Source of the DNA: Candidatus Anderseniibacteriota bacterium
Lineage (GTDB): Bacteria > Patescibacteriota > Andersenbacteria > UBA10190
NCBI GenBank assembly: GCA_040900375.1
Contig: JBBDZC010000018.1
Coordinates: 567-64,566 of the forward strand
Direction of reading: 5' to 3'
Length of the DNA: 64,000 bases
Shown here: piece after piece, positions 28,369 to 39,341 of the stretch
Numbering within the stretch: the stretch's first letter is position 1
Layout: the number at the start of each line of letters is the position of its first letter
Position numbers and translations under genes: made by a program
The notes under the pieces: model-generated
Databases searched by the model: none
What the model was told of the DNA's origin: nothing
The model's input: the letters and a program-made list of their open reading frames with translations, nothing else

Positions 28369-28733
28369 AAAAGTTGCTTGAGTATGAGGATAATATGCTC
28401 TTCGGTAATATAGGGATGGATTGCCTTAGTCACAAACTGGATCGCGGGGGAGGCTTCTTCAGCGCCTTCATAAAACGCGATGACTTCCTTGCCTGCCGCA
28501 TTCGCCCACCCAAGCTCAATGCCGCTTCCCGTAGAAGCAATGGAAACCTCAGCAATAACGAGGTCGCAGCTGGCTATATCCTGCTTAGTGATGTGAAGTT
28601 CCTCCTTCTTCTCGCGGGGATGGATTAACTCTACCCGGCCTTTCTCTTCAGCCGCGAATTGCTCCAGCGCATTGAAAAAGATGGGAGTGTGGCGGTGACC
28701 GCCGGAGGGGTGGGAAATAAACCACTTTGACAT
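28365..28733 (-). CDS. Nucleoside 2-deoxyribosyltransferase-like / DNPH1(Rcl)-like N-glycosidase
   Basis: 'DIASCDLVIAEVSIASTGSGIELGWA..GKEV' NDT-fold motif with catalytic-type Glu. Confidence 0.8.
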   Translation of the reverse strand: MSKWFISHPSGGHRHTPIFFNALEQFAAEEKGRVELIHPREKKEELHITKQDIASCDLVIAEVSIASTGSGIELGWANAAGKEVIAFYEGAEEASPAIQFVTKAIHPYITEEHIILILKQLL

Positions 28734-28785
28734 CACTTAAGCTTAGAGGTTTTACTCCCTGCTCGCAAATCTCGAAGTAACCGGC

Positions 28786-29454
28786 CTAACTGGCGATGAG
28801 CCGAGGTTTAACATACTGCCAGACTTCTTCATGAAGATCTTCACGTGTTCGCTCTTGGCCCTGGCCATCGACACCGGCAATTGTAATCCAACCCTGTACC
28901 GCAGCAACTTTAAGATAGGCTGCCCGGATCGCGGTCAGTTTTTCTTTGGTCTCGAAGAAATCTTTATTCTTTTCCTTCAAGCGCCGCAGTGAGACAGCCA
29001 CAGGGGTATCAAGAAAAAGAACTAGGTCGGGTTGCGGCAGAGTGGGTTGACCCGTAAAGCAGAGCCACCAAATCCAATCATACATTTCTTGCCACTCCTG
29101 GCCGCGTAACCCCATGGTCTGGTACGCAAACGCGCTGGTACAAAAACGGTCCGAGACAACGAGCTGGCGGCCCGATTTTTCACTGGTGTGAGCAGTGATG
29201 TCCTCGGCACGCGAGAAGAAATCCTGAATGTATAACAACGCCTGCTCCCGGCGAGAGAAGGGTTTTTTATTCTTATGGAGCAGGAACTTATCGTAGATCA
29301 GGCGCCCGGTTGCCCGATCTTCTTGGGGAAAATGGAGCGAGAGCGGCTGATATTTTTCTTGCTGGAGGCGGCGCACGAGCCAGTCCGTCTGGGTTTGGCT
29401 ACCGCCCGCATCCAGGGCTTCAATAACGATGAAGGGAGAAGGTCGCTTAGGCAT
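28786..29454 (-). CDS. Thymidylate kinase-family protein with degenerate P-loop
   Basis: 'FIVIEALDAGGSQTQ' (no Walker-A Lys), 'FP', 'SDRF..SAFAYQ', 'PQPDLVLFLD'. Confidence 0.82.
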   Translation of the reverse strand: MPKRPSPFIVIEALDAGGSQTQTDWLVRRLQQEKYQPLSLHFPQEDRATGRLIYDKFLLHKNKKPFSRREQALLYIQDFFSRAEDITAHTSEKSGRQLVVSDRFCTSAFAYQTMGLRGQEWQEMYDWIWWLCFTGQPTLPQPDLVLFLDTPVAVSLRRLKEKNKDFFETKEKLTAIRAAYLKVAAVQGWITIAGVDGQGQERTREDLHEEVWQYVKPRLIAS

Positions 29455-30175
29455 AGGCTTGGAGTAACTGCGGAAATTTAAGACGCAGGTTTTCCCAAAC
29501 TAATTCTGCCACGTCATCAACGTTCAATAGCTCCTCTCCCTCCACACAGAGGATCCGGAGAAACCGCGCGGGATCTTGCTGGCACAGGAGATCATATTCA
29601 TTGTAGAGTCGTTGTTGAATTTCCAGGTGATCGGTATACTCATCCTTGTCTTGCATCTTTTCTTTTCGTTTCTCTAAAAGACCAACAGAGATCTCGGGCA
29701 GTATATCTAAAAAAAGTGAAATGTGTTCCAAGGGCATCTGTTGCTCTTGATATTCATAGCGGCTAACAGCGGCTTGAATTTTATCCCGAAAGAGTTCGGT
29801 TTCCTGCACGTCCAATCCCTCAATGGTCATAAAGGCAATACTGCTGGCTACGTACCGATCATAGATGACTATTTCTCCTAATTTGAGGGCCTGTAGAACT
29901 TCTGCGCGGTGCTCGGCACGATTGTGTGCAAATAGGCGCATTTTTTCCGGCCACGGTATCGCCTGCCAGCGCCCATCTTTATTCTGGAGCTTTTGCTTTA
30001 ATTTTTGGCCGCTGGAAGTGGTATAATCGGGACTTTCAAAATGATGAACAACGTGCCCCATAAATCGCAGGCGCCGGAGGAGATGCTGAACCTGGGTATG
30101 CTTGCCGGACGAATCAAGGCCATCAAAAGCAATCAGCAGGCCAGTGGGTTTAGGCGCAGGACACATACATTCCAC
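29447..30175 (-). CDS. tmk: Thymidylate kinase
   Basis: 'LIAFDGLDSSGKHTQ', 'PDYTTSSG', 'LFAHNR', 'YDRYVASS'; ATG start may be 30166. Confidence 0.85.
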   Translation of the reverse strand: MECMCPAPKPTGLLIAFDGLDSSGKHTQVQHLLRRLRFMGHVVHHFESPDYTTSSGQKLKQKLQNKDGRWQAIPWPEKMRLFAHNRAEHRAEVLQALKLGEIVIYDRYVASSIAFMTIEGLDVQETELFRDKIQAAVSRYEYQEQQMPLEHISLFLDILPEISVGLLEKRKEKMQDKDEYTDHLEIQQRLYNEYDLLCQQDPARFLRILCVEGEELLNVDDVAELVWENLRLKFPQLLQAYA

Positions 30176-30260
30176 TTAGTTAGTACAACAATACCATAAA
30201 TTCGCCTCTTTAATTCTCAAGTTTTCTGACCTACCCGGAACTCAAAAGTTTTTGAAGGCT

Positions 30261-30935
30261 TTACAGCGCCACCCGGATACCTGGACTCATGGTGCTCTTA
30301 AGTGTGCAATTTTTAATTAGCCGGCCTTTGACGGCGGATGGCTTGGCTTGGCGGACAGCTTCGAGGACAGCCGTCACGTTTTTGACAATCTGGTCTGTTT
30401 CCCAGCTAGTCTTACCCACCGCTTCATGGATATTGCCAAGCTGATCCATCTTAAATGACAATTTACCGCCGAGAAGTTCCCGGACCACACTGGCTGGATC
30501 GGCACTCACTGTTCCCGTCTTGGGATTAGGCATTAATCCCTGGGGGCCTAAGGTGCGGGCAATCTTAGCAATTTTAGGCATCATCGCGGGCGTGGCCACT
30601 ACTACATCAGCCTTAAGCTGACCGGATTTCACAACGGCCGCAATGAGCTCTTCTCCCCCAACAATCGCGGCGCCAGCTTGCTGGGCCGTTGCCTGCTCCG
30701 CGTCATCCGCAAAGACAGCAATCTTCTTGGCTTTGGGGGCCCCAGCCGGCAAGGTAACACTCGCCCGCACGATCTGATCAGATTTAGTAGGATCAACTCC
30801 AAGATGAATATGAACTTCAATCGTCTCATCCACATTCGGCCGCGCGTGCTCGCGCAAAAAGGCGACTGCGGTGGTTAGATCAACCGCTTGCGCCGGGGCT
30901 TTCTCCTGCACCGTTTTGTATCGTTTACTGCGCAT
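30261..30935 (-). CDS. rplA: 50S ribosomal protein L1
   Basis: 'MRSKRY', 'DETIE...LGVDP..SDQIVR', 'LGPQGLMPNPKTGTV', 'STMSPG'; ATG at 30935, 1 nt after the rplK stop. Confidence 0.96.
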   Translation of the reverse strand: MRSKRYKTVQEKAPAQAVDLTTAVAFLREHARPNVDETIEVHIHLGVDPTKSDQIVRASVTLPAGAPKAKKIAVFADDAEQATAQQAGAAIVGGEELIAAVVKSGQLKADVVVATPAMMPKIAKIARTLGPQGLMPNPKTGTVSADPASVVRELLGGKLSFKMDQLGNIHEAVGKTSWETDQIVKNVTAVLEAVRQAKPSAVKGRLIKNCTLKSTMSPGIRVAL

Positions 30936-30936
30936 A

Positions 30937-31356
30937 CTATTGAACAGTAATACCCATGGACCGAGCCGTCCCTTCAATAATTTTCATAGCGGCCTCTAGG
31001 TCACGGGCAGACAAGTCGGCCATTTTACGTTCCGCAATCTCCCGCACCTGGGCGCGTTTGACAGTGCCTACTTTATTAGTATTCGGCATGCCAGAACCTT
31101 TGGTCACTTTGGCGGCTTTCTTGAGTAGTTCGGCAGCGGGCGGAGTTTTTAGTTTCAGCGACATGCTGCGATCATCATAAATTGTCACCTCAACAGGAAT
31201 AATATCACCCATCATTTCTCGGGTCATATCGTTAAACCTGGTAACGAATTCTTGCAAGTTAACACCATGCTGCCCTAAAGCTGTTCCTACCGGCGGCGCC
31301 GGGGTGGCTTTACCACCGGGAGCTTGTAATTTAACAATGGTCTTTATCTGGGGCAT
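30937..31356 (-). CDS. rplK: 50S ribosomal protein L11
   Basis: '[25 protein letters not shown]', 'EGTARSMGI'. Confidence 0.98.
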   Translation of the reverse strand: MPQIKTIVKLQAPGGKATPAPPVGTALGQHGVNLQEFVTRFNDMTREMMGDIIPVEVTIYDDRSMSLKLKTPPAAELLKKAAKVTKGSGMPNTNKVGTVKRAQVREIAERKMADLSARDLEAAMKIIEGTARSMGITVQ

Positions 31357-31387
31357 GTTACGAGGCTATAAATTAAGTAGCGGGCTT

Positions 31388-31960
31388 TCAAACTTCCTTC
31401 TTTACCTGTAAAAAGTCAAGTTCTACAGGAGTTTCGCGGCCAAAGACATTAACCAACACCTTAACGGTACCCTTAGCTTCATTAATTTCGGCAATTTTAC
31501 CTTCAAAATCCCTGAAAGGACCGTCCATGATCTTAACCGAATCACCCTCCACCACATCAATCTTATACTTAGGCTCTTCTTCACCCATGCGCTTAAGGAG
31601 GCGATCAACTTCTTCTTGGGAGACGGGCGTGGGCGTCGTGCCGGAACCGACGAAGCCAGTAACATTTGGCGTATTACGCACCACATACCATGAGTCTTCC
31701 GTAACAATCATCTGCACTAGCACGTAGCCGGGAAAGAGCCGTTCTTCGATAGTCTGGCGTTTACCATTCTTAACTCGGATTTTTTTCTCGCGCGGCACGA
31801 TTACTTGAAAGATCTTCTCTTCCATGCCCATTGACTCAATACGCTGGCGCAAATTACGCGCCACGTTGTCTTCATAACCAGAGTATGTGTGAAGAACATA
31901 CCACGCCCGATTATCCGAGTTATGGATGACAGGTTTTGATTGCTGTTTGAGATCGGCCAT
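31388..31960 (-). CDS. nusG: Transcription factor NusG
   Basis: 'WYVLHTYSGYE', 'FPGYVLV', 'RNTPNVTGFVG', KOW 'GPFRDFEG', 'FGRETPVEL'. Confidence 0.98.
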   Translation of the reverse strand: MADLKQQSKPVIHNSDNRAWYVLHTYSGYEDNVARNLRQRIESMGMEEKIFQVIVPREKKIRVKNGKRQTIEERLFPGYVLVQMIVTEDSWYVVRNTPNVTGFVGSGTTPTPVSQEEVDRLLKRMGEEEPKYKIDVVEGDSVKIMDGPFRDFEGKIAEINEAKGTVKVLVNVFGRETPVELDFLQVKKEV

Positions 31961-31971
31961 AGGAAGCTCGT

Positions 31972-32196
31972 TTAAATAAGAGCGTTAATGATAAGAGTTA
32001 AAAGATAATCAATGCCCCCAGTAATAAAGCCTAGAATGAGACAGGTAATGATAACCAGGATAGTATAACGAATTGTTGTCTCCCGAGACGGCCAGGAGAC
32101 TTTCTTGAGTTCGCCGCGAGCTTCACTAAAAAACTGCATGATTGCGTACGGTCCACGGCTTAGCTTTGATAGGGCAGGGTAAGCAATTTTAACCAT
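31972..32196 (-). CDS. secE: Preprotein translocase subunit SecE
   Basis: 'FFSEARGELKKVSWPSR' plus single TM helix, upstream of nusG. Confidence 0.92.
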   Translation of the reverse strand: MVKIAYPALSKLSRGPYAIMQFFSEARGELKKVSWPSRETTIRYTILVIITCLILGFITGGIDYLLTLIINALI

Positions 32197-32210
32197 ATAT
32201 TTCTGGTCTT

Positions 32211-32230
32211 AAAAAAGCCCCGGTGGGCTT
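32211..32230 (-). terminator. Probable intrinsic terminator after gyrB
   Basis: Minus strand reads aagccc-accg-gggctt followed by a T-run. Confidence 0.55.
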
Positions 32231-32274
32231 ATGGAAAAACAATAGAATAAACCCGAGAAAGACGCAAGGGCTCC

Positions 32275-34272
<1,998 letters not shown>

Positions 34273-34444
34273 TTAAGAAGTTGAAATATATGCCTGTACT
34301 AATGAAGAAACAGGGTTTATCCCTGTCGATCTAACCTAAAATATCCTAGCATATTTAGGCGGTATTGAACAGAGAGATTATCACCATGATAAAGCCATTA
34401 TTATACCTTCACAGAGCCATTATTTTTCATGGTGGCCGGAGATT

Positions 34445-36799
34445 TTACTCGCGGATCAAGGCTGCTAATTCACGACGGAGCGTCGCTACAATTTCATTGT
34501 GTCTGGCATTCACTTCATCATCAGTTAAGGTACGCTCCAACGACTGATATTTCAGGTGAAATGCTACACTCTTAGCAAGCTGGGGATCGTGCTCAACATC
34601 AGCCGCATCATAGATATCAAATAAATCAACATCAACCACGAGATCCTTACCCACCCGCTCAATAATTTCTTGGACCGTCTCAATCCGGACCTCGGGGGCG
34701 ACAATGACCGAGAGATCACGAAATACTGGCGGGTACTTGCTGATGGGACTGTACTGATGGGGTGGGAGCAGGGACACGGGTTGGAGGGACGGCGGTTGCC
34801 TGGTGGCAGCAGCAACGGCGACATCAAGGTTCATTTCTAGGACAGCGAGAGGAGAAGAAATTTTTAAGGCCGAGCGGATCGAGGGAGACAAGGCACCAAT
34901 GAAACCTTCGGCAAAAGCAGGGGTATTGTTGGCAAGCCCCATCATTGCTACTACTTGAGCAGCAATACCCTGCACGACCGCCTCGGCATTGTCTTCGCCG
35001 ACAATGACAACCGCTAGATGGTGACTCTCAATTATACCGGCGACCTGTCCCCCAGTTCCCGGTTTAAAGACAATCCCAATTTCAAAGAGCTGTTGCCGGC
35101 GCCATTCGGCTTTATTTTTCACGACATTAGCGAGGAGGCTAGGCAAGAGACGTGTGCGCAAGTTCTTAAGCTCCGGTGAGACGGGATTAAGAAGACTGAT
35201 GGAGGGCTGATCAGCGCTGCCCGCGAGGCGAGCAAGAGCCGCTGGCTCGAAAGAATAATTGTATGTCTCCGTTAAGCCTAATTTTACAAGCAGATCACGC
35301 ACCGCCTCGCGCCATTGGATATTCAGTGGCAAAGCCACGGCGCTGACGGGTGGTAAAACTGCGGCCGGAATACTGTCAGGACCCTGCAACCTGATTGCTT
35401 CTTCGATCAAATCATGTTCGCCAGTAAGATCAAGCCGGTCGGCAGGCGGGGTCACAAGCCACTGGTTGGTCTGCTTGGTTATCGTGCAGCGTAAGCGACT
35501 CAAAGCTTCGTGAGTCTTGTCAGTAGAGATGGTCCACCCGGCTACGTGACTGACCTGCTCGGGCCGCAGTGTAATGGGCGGAGGTTGCCAGGCGTTAGGG
35601 TAGTAATCGAGGACAGTGGTAAGCTTTGCTCCTGTGAGCTCTTGCAGGAGTGCCGCCGCCCGGGCAAGTGCGAGCCGGGTGCGAGCCGGGTCAAGACCTT
35701 TACTAAAACGTAGTGAAGCAGCAGTTTGCAAGCCAAGTTGGGCGGCTGACGCGACGATAGCCGGCGGAGAAAAGTTTGCTGCTTCCAGCCACAGGGAAGT
35801 GGTGGCAGATTGTACTTCACTACTATGCCCCCCCATAATGCCGGCAAGAGCGACCGGTTGATTGTCACTAACAATAACCAAATTGGCCGCAGTTAGAGTG
35901 CGCTCTACGCCATCGAGCGTTACTAATTTTTCGGTACTGGTAGCAGCCCTGACGCCGATTGTTGGCCCGGGCAAGGTAGCAGCATCGAAAGCGTGCGTAG
36001 GTTGGCCAGTCTCGAGCATGACGTAATTCGTGATATCGACCACATTGTTAATTGGTCGAATATCCAGATGGAGCAACCGGGCTTGCAGCCAGAGGGGCGA
36101 AAGTGTGACGTGAGTGTGCTCGAGCAGAGCGCCGGAGTACCGTGGTGTCTGTTGATCATTTTCGATCTTGAGCGACCAGTCAGTGGCCGCCTCGCCAGCA
36201 CGAGGTAGTGTCTTAGATATTGGCTCGGTCACAACTACTTTAAGCAGAGCGGCGAGCTCACGAGCCAGGCCAAGGTGTCCCGAGGAATCCGAAGCGCGAT
36301 TAGGGGTAATGTCTGCCTCGAGAATCGTGTCAGGGGGAATATGCTGGCTCAACGATGTGCCCAGAGGGGTATCAGGCGGCAGGATAAAGATACCGCCATG
36401 GGCAGTACCTAAGCCTAGCTCGCGCAACGAATTCAGCATACCCGGACTATGTTGCCCCCGGATCGCGGCTTCTTGCAGGACGAAGTTATGACCTTTTTCA
36501 TCTTTAAGCGTGCTGCCCGGCGGGGCAAACGGCACGAGATCGCCAACCTCGATATTTATCGCCCCACACACCACGCGGATGCGGCGTTGGCCATCAGTCA
36601 CAGTTGCCAAGCGCAAACGGTCAGCATTGGGATGCGGCAATAATTCCTCAACACGCACGACAGTAATCTGGGGATCAAGGTAATATTCCTGCCCAACCAC
36701 TGTTTCAAAGCTATGGAGGGTGAGGACTTGGGCTACTTCAGCCGGGGAGAGCTTTAAATCCAGGATTAGTTCTTGCAGCCAGCGATAGGAAATTTTCAT
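34445..36799 (-). CDS. pheT: Phenylalanine--tRNA ligase beta subunit
   Basis: 'MKISYRWLQE', 'HPNADRL', 'ITPNR', 'INNVVDITNYVMLETGQPTHAFD', C-terminal FDX-ACB domain. Confidence 0.96.
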   Translation of the reverse strand: MKISYRWLQELILDLKLSPAEVAQVLTLHSFETVVGQEYYLDPQITVVRVEELLPHPNADRLRLATVTDGQRRIRVVCGAINIEVGDLVPFAPPGSTLKDEKGHNFVLQEAAIRGQHSPGMLNSLRELGLGTAHGGIFILPPDTPLGTSLSQHIPPDTILEADITPNRASDSSGHLGLARELAALLKVVVTEPISKTLPRAGEAATDWSLKIENDQQTPRYSGALLEHTHVTLSPLWLQARLLHLDIRPINNVVDITNYVMLETGQPTHAFDAATLPGPTIGVRAATSTEKLVTLDGVERTLTAANLVIVSDNQPVALAGIMGGHSSEVQSATTSLWLEAANFSPPAIVASAAQLGLQTAASLRFSKGLDPARTRLALARAAALLQELTGAKLTTVLDYYPNAWQPPPITLRPEQVSHVAGWTISTDKTHEALSRLRCTITKQTNQWLVTPPADRLDLTGEHDLIEEAIRLQGPDSIPAAVLPPVSAVALPLNIQWREAVRDLLVKLGLTETYNYSFEPAALARLAGSADQPSISLLNPVSPELKNLRTRLLPSLLANVVKNKAEWRRQQLFEIGIVFKPGTGGQVAGIIESHHLAVVIVGEDNAEAVVQGIAAQVVAMMGLANNTPAFAEGFIGALSPSIRSALKISSPLAVLEMNLDVAVAAATRQPPSLQPVSLLPPHQYSPISKYPPVFRDLSVIVAPEVRIETVQEIIERVGKDLVVDVDLFDIYDAADVEHDPQLAKSVAFHLKYQSLERTLTDDEVNARHNEIVATLRRELAALIRE

Positions 36800-37839
36800 G
36801 AAAATTGCTTGAGAAAATCTAAGCTGCCTGACCAGAATAGCCGAATATCATCAATGCTGTGCTGGAGCATAGCCAGCCGATCAACCGCTCCGCCAAAAGC
36901 AAAACCCGAGTAAGCCTCGGGGTCAATGTTCATGTTGCGGAGCACGACGGGGTGTACCATACCGGCGCCCATGACCTCAAGCCAGCCAGTGTGTTTGCAA
37001 ATCCGGCAACCCTTGCCAGTACAAAATACACACTGGAGATCAACTTCATAGCCTGGTTCAACAAAGGGAAAATATGATGGCCGGAGGCGAACTTGAGCGG
37101 CCTTATTAAAGAAGCGAGAATAAAAAACTTCAATGGTACCTTTGAGATCAGCCACGGAAATAGCAGAGGCAACCACCAATCCCTCAAATTGGTAAAAAGT
37201 CGTCTCGTGAGTAGCGTCGGTGCGCTCGGCGCGAAACACGCGGCCAGGAAACAGCAAACGAAATGGGGGGGACAACTGTTGCTCACGGACAACACGCACC
37301 TGCATCGCGGAGGTTTGGGTCCGTAAAATGTGGCCATCGGTCAGGTAAAAGGTGTCGGTCTCGGCGCGCGTAGGATGCTGCGGCGGAATATTTAATAAGT
37401 CAAAATTATATTCTGGCTCTTCGACTAAAGGACCTTCCACGACCATGAATCCCAGGCTCGCAAAAATATCCTGGATGGCCCGGAGTGTGATCGTGAGAGG
37501 ATGGAGGTGACCAGGCTGGGGCATGCCGGAGAGCTTGGTGAGCGGGACAGCCTGTTTGACTGGCAACGGGACAGCGTCACGGTCGCGGCGGAGTACTGCT
37601 TGCTTGAGTTGGTACTGTTGTTCAAGGCGGGATCGCAACTCATTAGCCTGTTGACCTAATAAACGACGTTTCTTGGCCGGTAAATCTTTCACCGTTCGCA
37701 GTAATTTTGGCACTAAGCCCTTACGACCAATATAGGTAACACGCCACTCTTCGAGCTGGCGAGAAGTAGTAACTTGAGCCAGTGAGTGGTCCGCTTTATG
37801 TTGAAGCTTGGTTAGATCGTCGCTTGAGAGAGCGGTCAT
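36796..37839 (-). CDS. pheS: Phenylalanine--tRNA ligase alpha subunit
   Basis: 'GHLHPL', 'LRTQTS', 'DATHETTFYQFEGL', 'RPSYFPFVEPG', 'GAGMVHP'. Confidence 0.97.
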   Translation of the reverse strand: MTALSSDDLTKLQHKADHSLAQVTTSRQLEEWRVTYIGRKGLVPKLLRTVKDLPAKKRRLLGQQANELRSRLEQQYQLKQAVLRRDRDAVPLPVKQAVPLTKLSGMPQPGHLHPLTITLRAIQDIFASLGFMVVEGPLVEEPEYNFDLLNIPPQHPTRAETDTFYLTDGHILRTQTSAMQVRVVREQQLSPPFRLLFPGRVFRAERTDATHETTFYQFEGLVVASAISVADLKGTIEVFYSRFFNKAAQVRLRPSYFPFVEPGYEVDLQCVFCTGKGCRICKHTGWLEVMGAGMVHPVVLRNMNIDPEAYSGFAFGGAVDRLAMLQHSIDDIRLFWSGSLDFLKQFS

Positions 37840-38203
37840 AACTTAAAAATATCAACTCGGCAAAGATAAATAAAATGGTGAGGATAACAGTGAGCCACCA
37901 CTGGTATAAACGCACGAGTGTCAGTAGCAGTAAGATATTGAGAAAAAGCCCCAGGATTACTCCCTGCCGTAATGCAGTCCGCACACTATACGCTGGTAAT
38001 TGTTCTCGGCTCACAAGACGACGGACACCATAACCGATTAGGCCCGTACCCGCGGCAACGGCTAAAAAGAGACTAAGAAAAAAAAGAACATACCCCGCTG
38101 GGCCAGCTTGCACCGGATCTAAAAATAAAATAATGAGCATCCAAATGCTGCCCGCAACCAAAGTCATAAGCCCAGAGCCAACCACAAAAGCGTGGACAGT
38201 CAT
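37796..38203 (-). CDS. Hypothetical 4-TM membrane protein
   Basis: Four hydrophobic helices, 'LDP', 'SVRTALRQG'; likely ATG at 38203. Confidence 0.72.
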   Translation of the reverse strand: MTVHAFVVGSGLMTLVAGSIWMLIILFLDPVQAGPAGYVLFFLSLFLAVAAGTGLIGYGVRRLVSREQLPAYSVRTALRQGVILGLFLNILLLLTLVRLYQWWLTVILTILFIFAELIFLSYDRSLKRRSNQAST

Positions 38204-38290
38204 GGGCACAAATACGCGGTCAAGCACAGCATAGGCAGCAGTGTATCAGAAAGTTGATTACTTGGGGAAACGGGGCTTTATATACGCCAG

Positions 38291-38315
38291 CCTCGCACCT
38301 TTAGGGGGTGCGAGG
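38291..38315. repeat. REP-like GC-rich hairpin cctcgcacc...ggtgcgagg
   Basis: 9-bp perfect inverted repeat with 7-nt loop. Confidence 0.55.
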
Positions 38316-38482
38316 GTCAAACGCTGCGCGCGGCGAGGCAATATGTGGAGCCGGCCGCGCTTGTATGTGTGCGTGATGATCTCCCCTTGTGATATCACCA
38401 TCTACCACGCCTAAGCACTGATATCCTGTCCACACAAGATATCATTTCACTTTACCGTTACCGATTAAGACTGGCAAGCTCG

Positions 38483-38557
38483 CGGACCCGACCGGATTCG
38501 AACCGGCGATCTTCGCCGTGACAGGGCGACGCTTTAAACCAACTAAGCTACGGGTCC
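38483..38557 (-). tRNA. tRNA-Asp(GTC), CCA not encoded
   Basis: GGACCCG/CGGGTCC acceptor, D-arm GCTT..AAGC, anticodon arm TCGCC-CT-GTC-AC-GGCGA, T-arm GCCGG-TTCGAAT-CCGGT, discriminator G. Confidence 0.95.
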
Positions 38558-38744
38558 CAACTACGCTCTGTCTTCCCGACAGAGCTACGCTGGGCAAGTA
38601 TATGTCAATAAATGAATACTTGAAAATATCAGGAACAATAGAAAGGATACCTAAAACGATATAGTTGTCTAGCAATGCTCTCGTGGACTTACTAACTGAA
38701 GTCTGTAGCCTCATTGTTGTATCTTTTAGTTACTTACGGAAAGA

Positions 38745-38829
38745 GCCAATGTAGTGTGGCGCCTAGCCGTCGGGCGGTAATCATTAATGTAAAATATTGC
38801 GAGTTGCATTAGCGCCACACTACATTGGC
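38745..38829. repeat. 85-bp element with 18-bp perfect terminal inverted repeats
   Basis: gccaatgtagtgtggcgc (38745-62) and gcgccacactacattggc (38812-29). Confidence 0.75.
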
Positions 38830-38838
38830 GAGTGAGGG

Positions 38839-38912
38839 TGGTGGCGGCTGGAGTCGAACCAGCGACCTCGGGCTTATGAGTCCCACGCTCTAACCAGCTG
38901 AGCTACGCCACC
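38839..38912 (-). tRNA. tRNA with CAT anticodon (likely elongator Met; Ile2 not excluded), CCA not encoded
   Basis: GGTGGCG/CGCCACC acceptor, TAGCTCAGCTGGTTAGAGC, CT-CAT-AA loop, GGTTCGACTCC. Confidence 0.93.
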
Positions 38913-39022
38913 TAAGTACTACTAGTTAAAAGGAAAAGAAATAAAAACGCAAAACCACTACTGCCCTGTATTGCTGCTCCTATAATTCTATGCCTCTTTA
39001 ATCTAATGAAACACACTAAAAT

Positions 39023-39047
39023 ACAACACCCCCTCACGGGGTGTTGT
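39023..39047 (-). terminator. 10-bp stem hairpin, probable terminator
   Basis: acaacacccc-ctcac-ggggtgttgt; followed by ATTTT on the minus strand. Confidence 0.5.
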
Positions 39048-39070
39048 TAAGTCGTTACACTCTCCTTTGA

Positions 39071-39272
39071 GTCGGATGCTTACCTCATTTCGCGCGGTAG
39101 CTTTACCATAAACATCGGACCAAAAGCACAAGTGTGAAACGGAACTCTTTGAAACTCCAACAGACAGTAAAAGGCTCGATTTGTGTGCCCAAACAGTGTC
39201 TGTGGGTTACCTCCACCATTCCGCGTTCTGGCTTGCGGTGCAAGAGTATTTTGAGGTATTACTTGCTTTTAC
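39071..39272. ncRNA. Candidate structured ncRNA (6S-like rod possible), strand unresolved
   Basis: Nested complementary segments aaaagcacaagt/acttgctttt, actctt/aagagt, acagaca/tgtctgt, ccgc/gcgg; no credible ORF. Confidence 0.35.
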
Positions 39273-39341
39273 GTTAATAGTCAATTATGCTAGCAAGCAC
39301 GTTGCTGTAGGTTTTAGGATAGGGATAAGGCAGCATTTTAA

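Noticed and set aside
38258-38401. 47-aa basic minus-strand ORF, considered as a small ribosomal protein such as L32
   Set aside because: No ribosomal-protein motif; contains a REP-like hairpin; coding status unsupported.
38442-38714. 90-aa ORF
   Set aside because: Runs through the tRNA-Asp gene.
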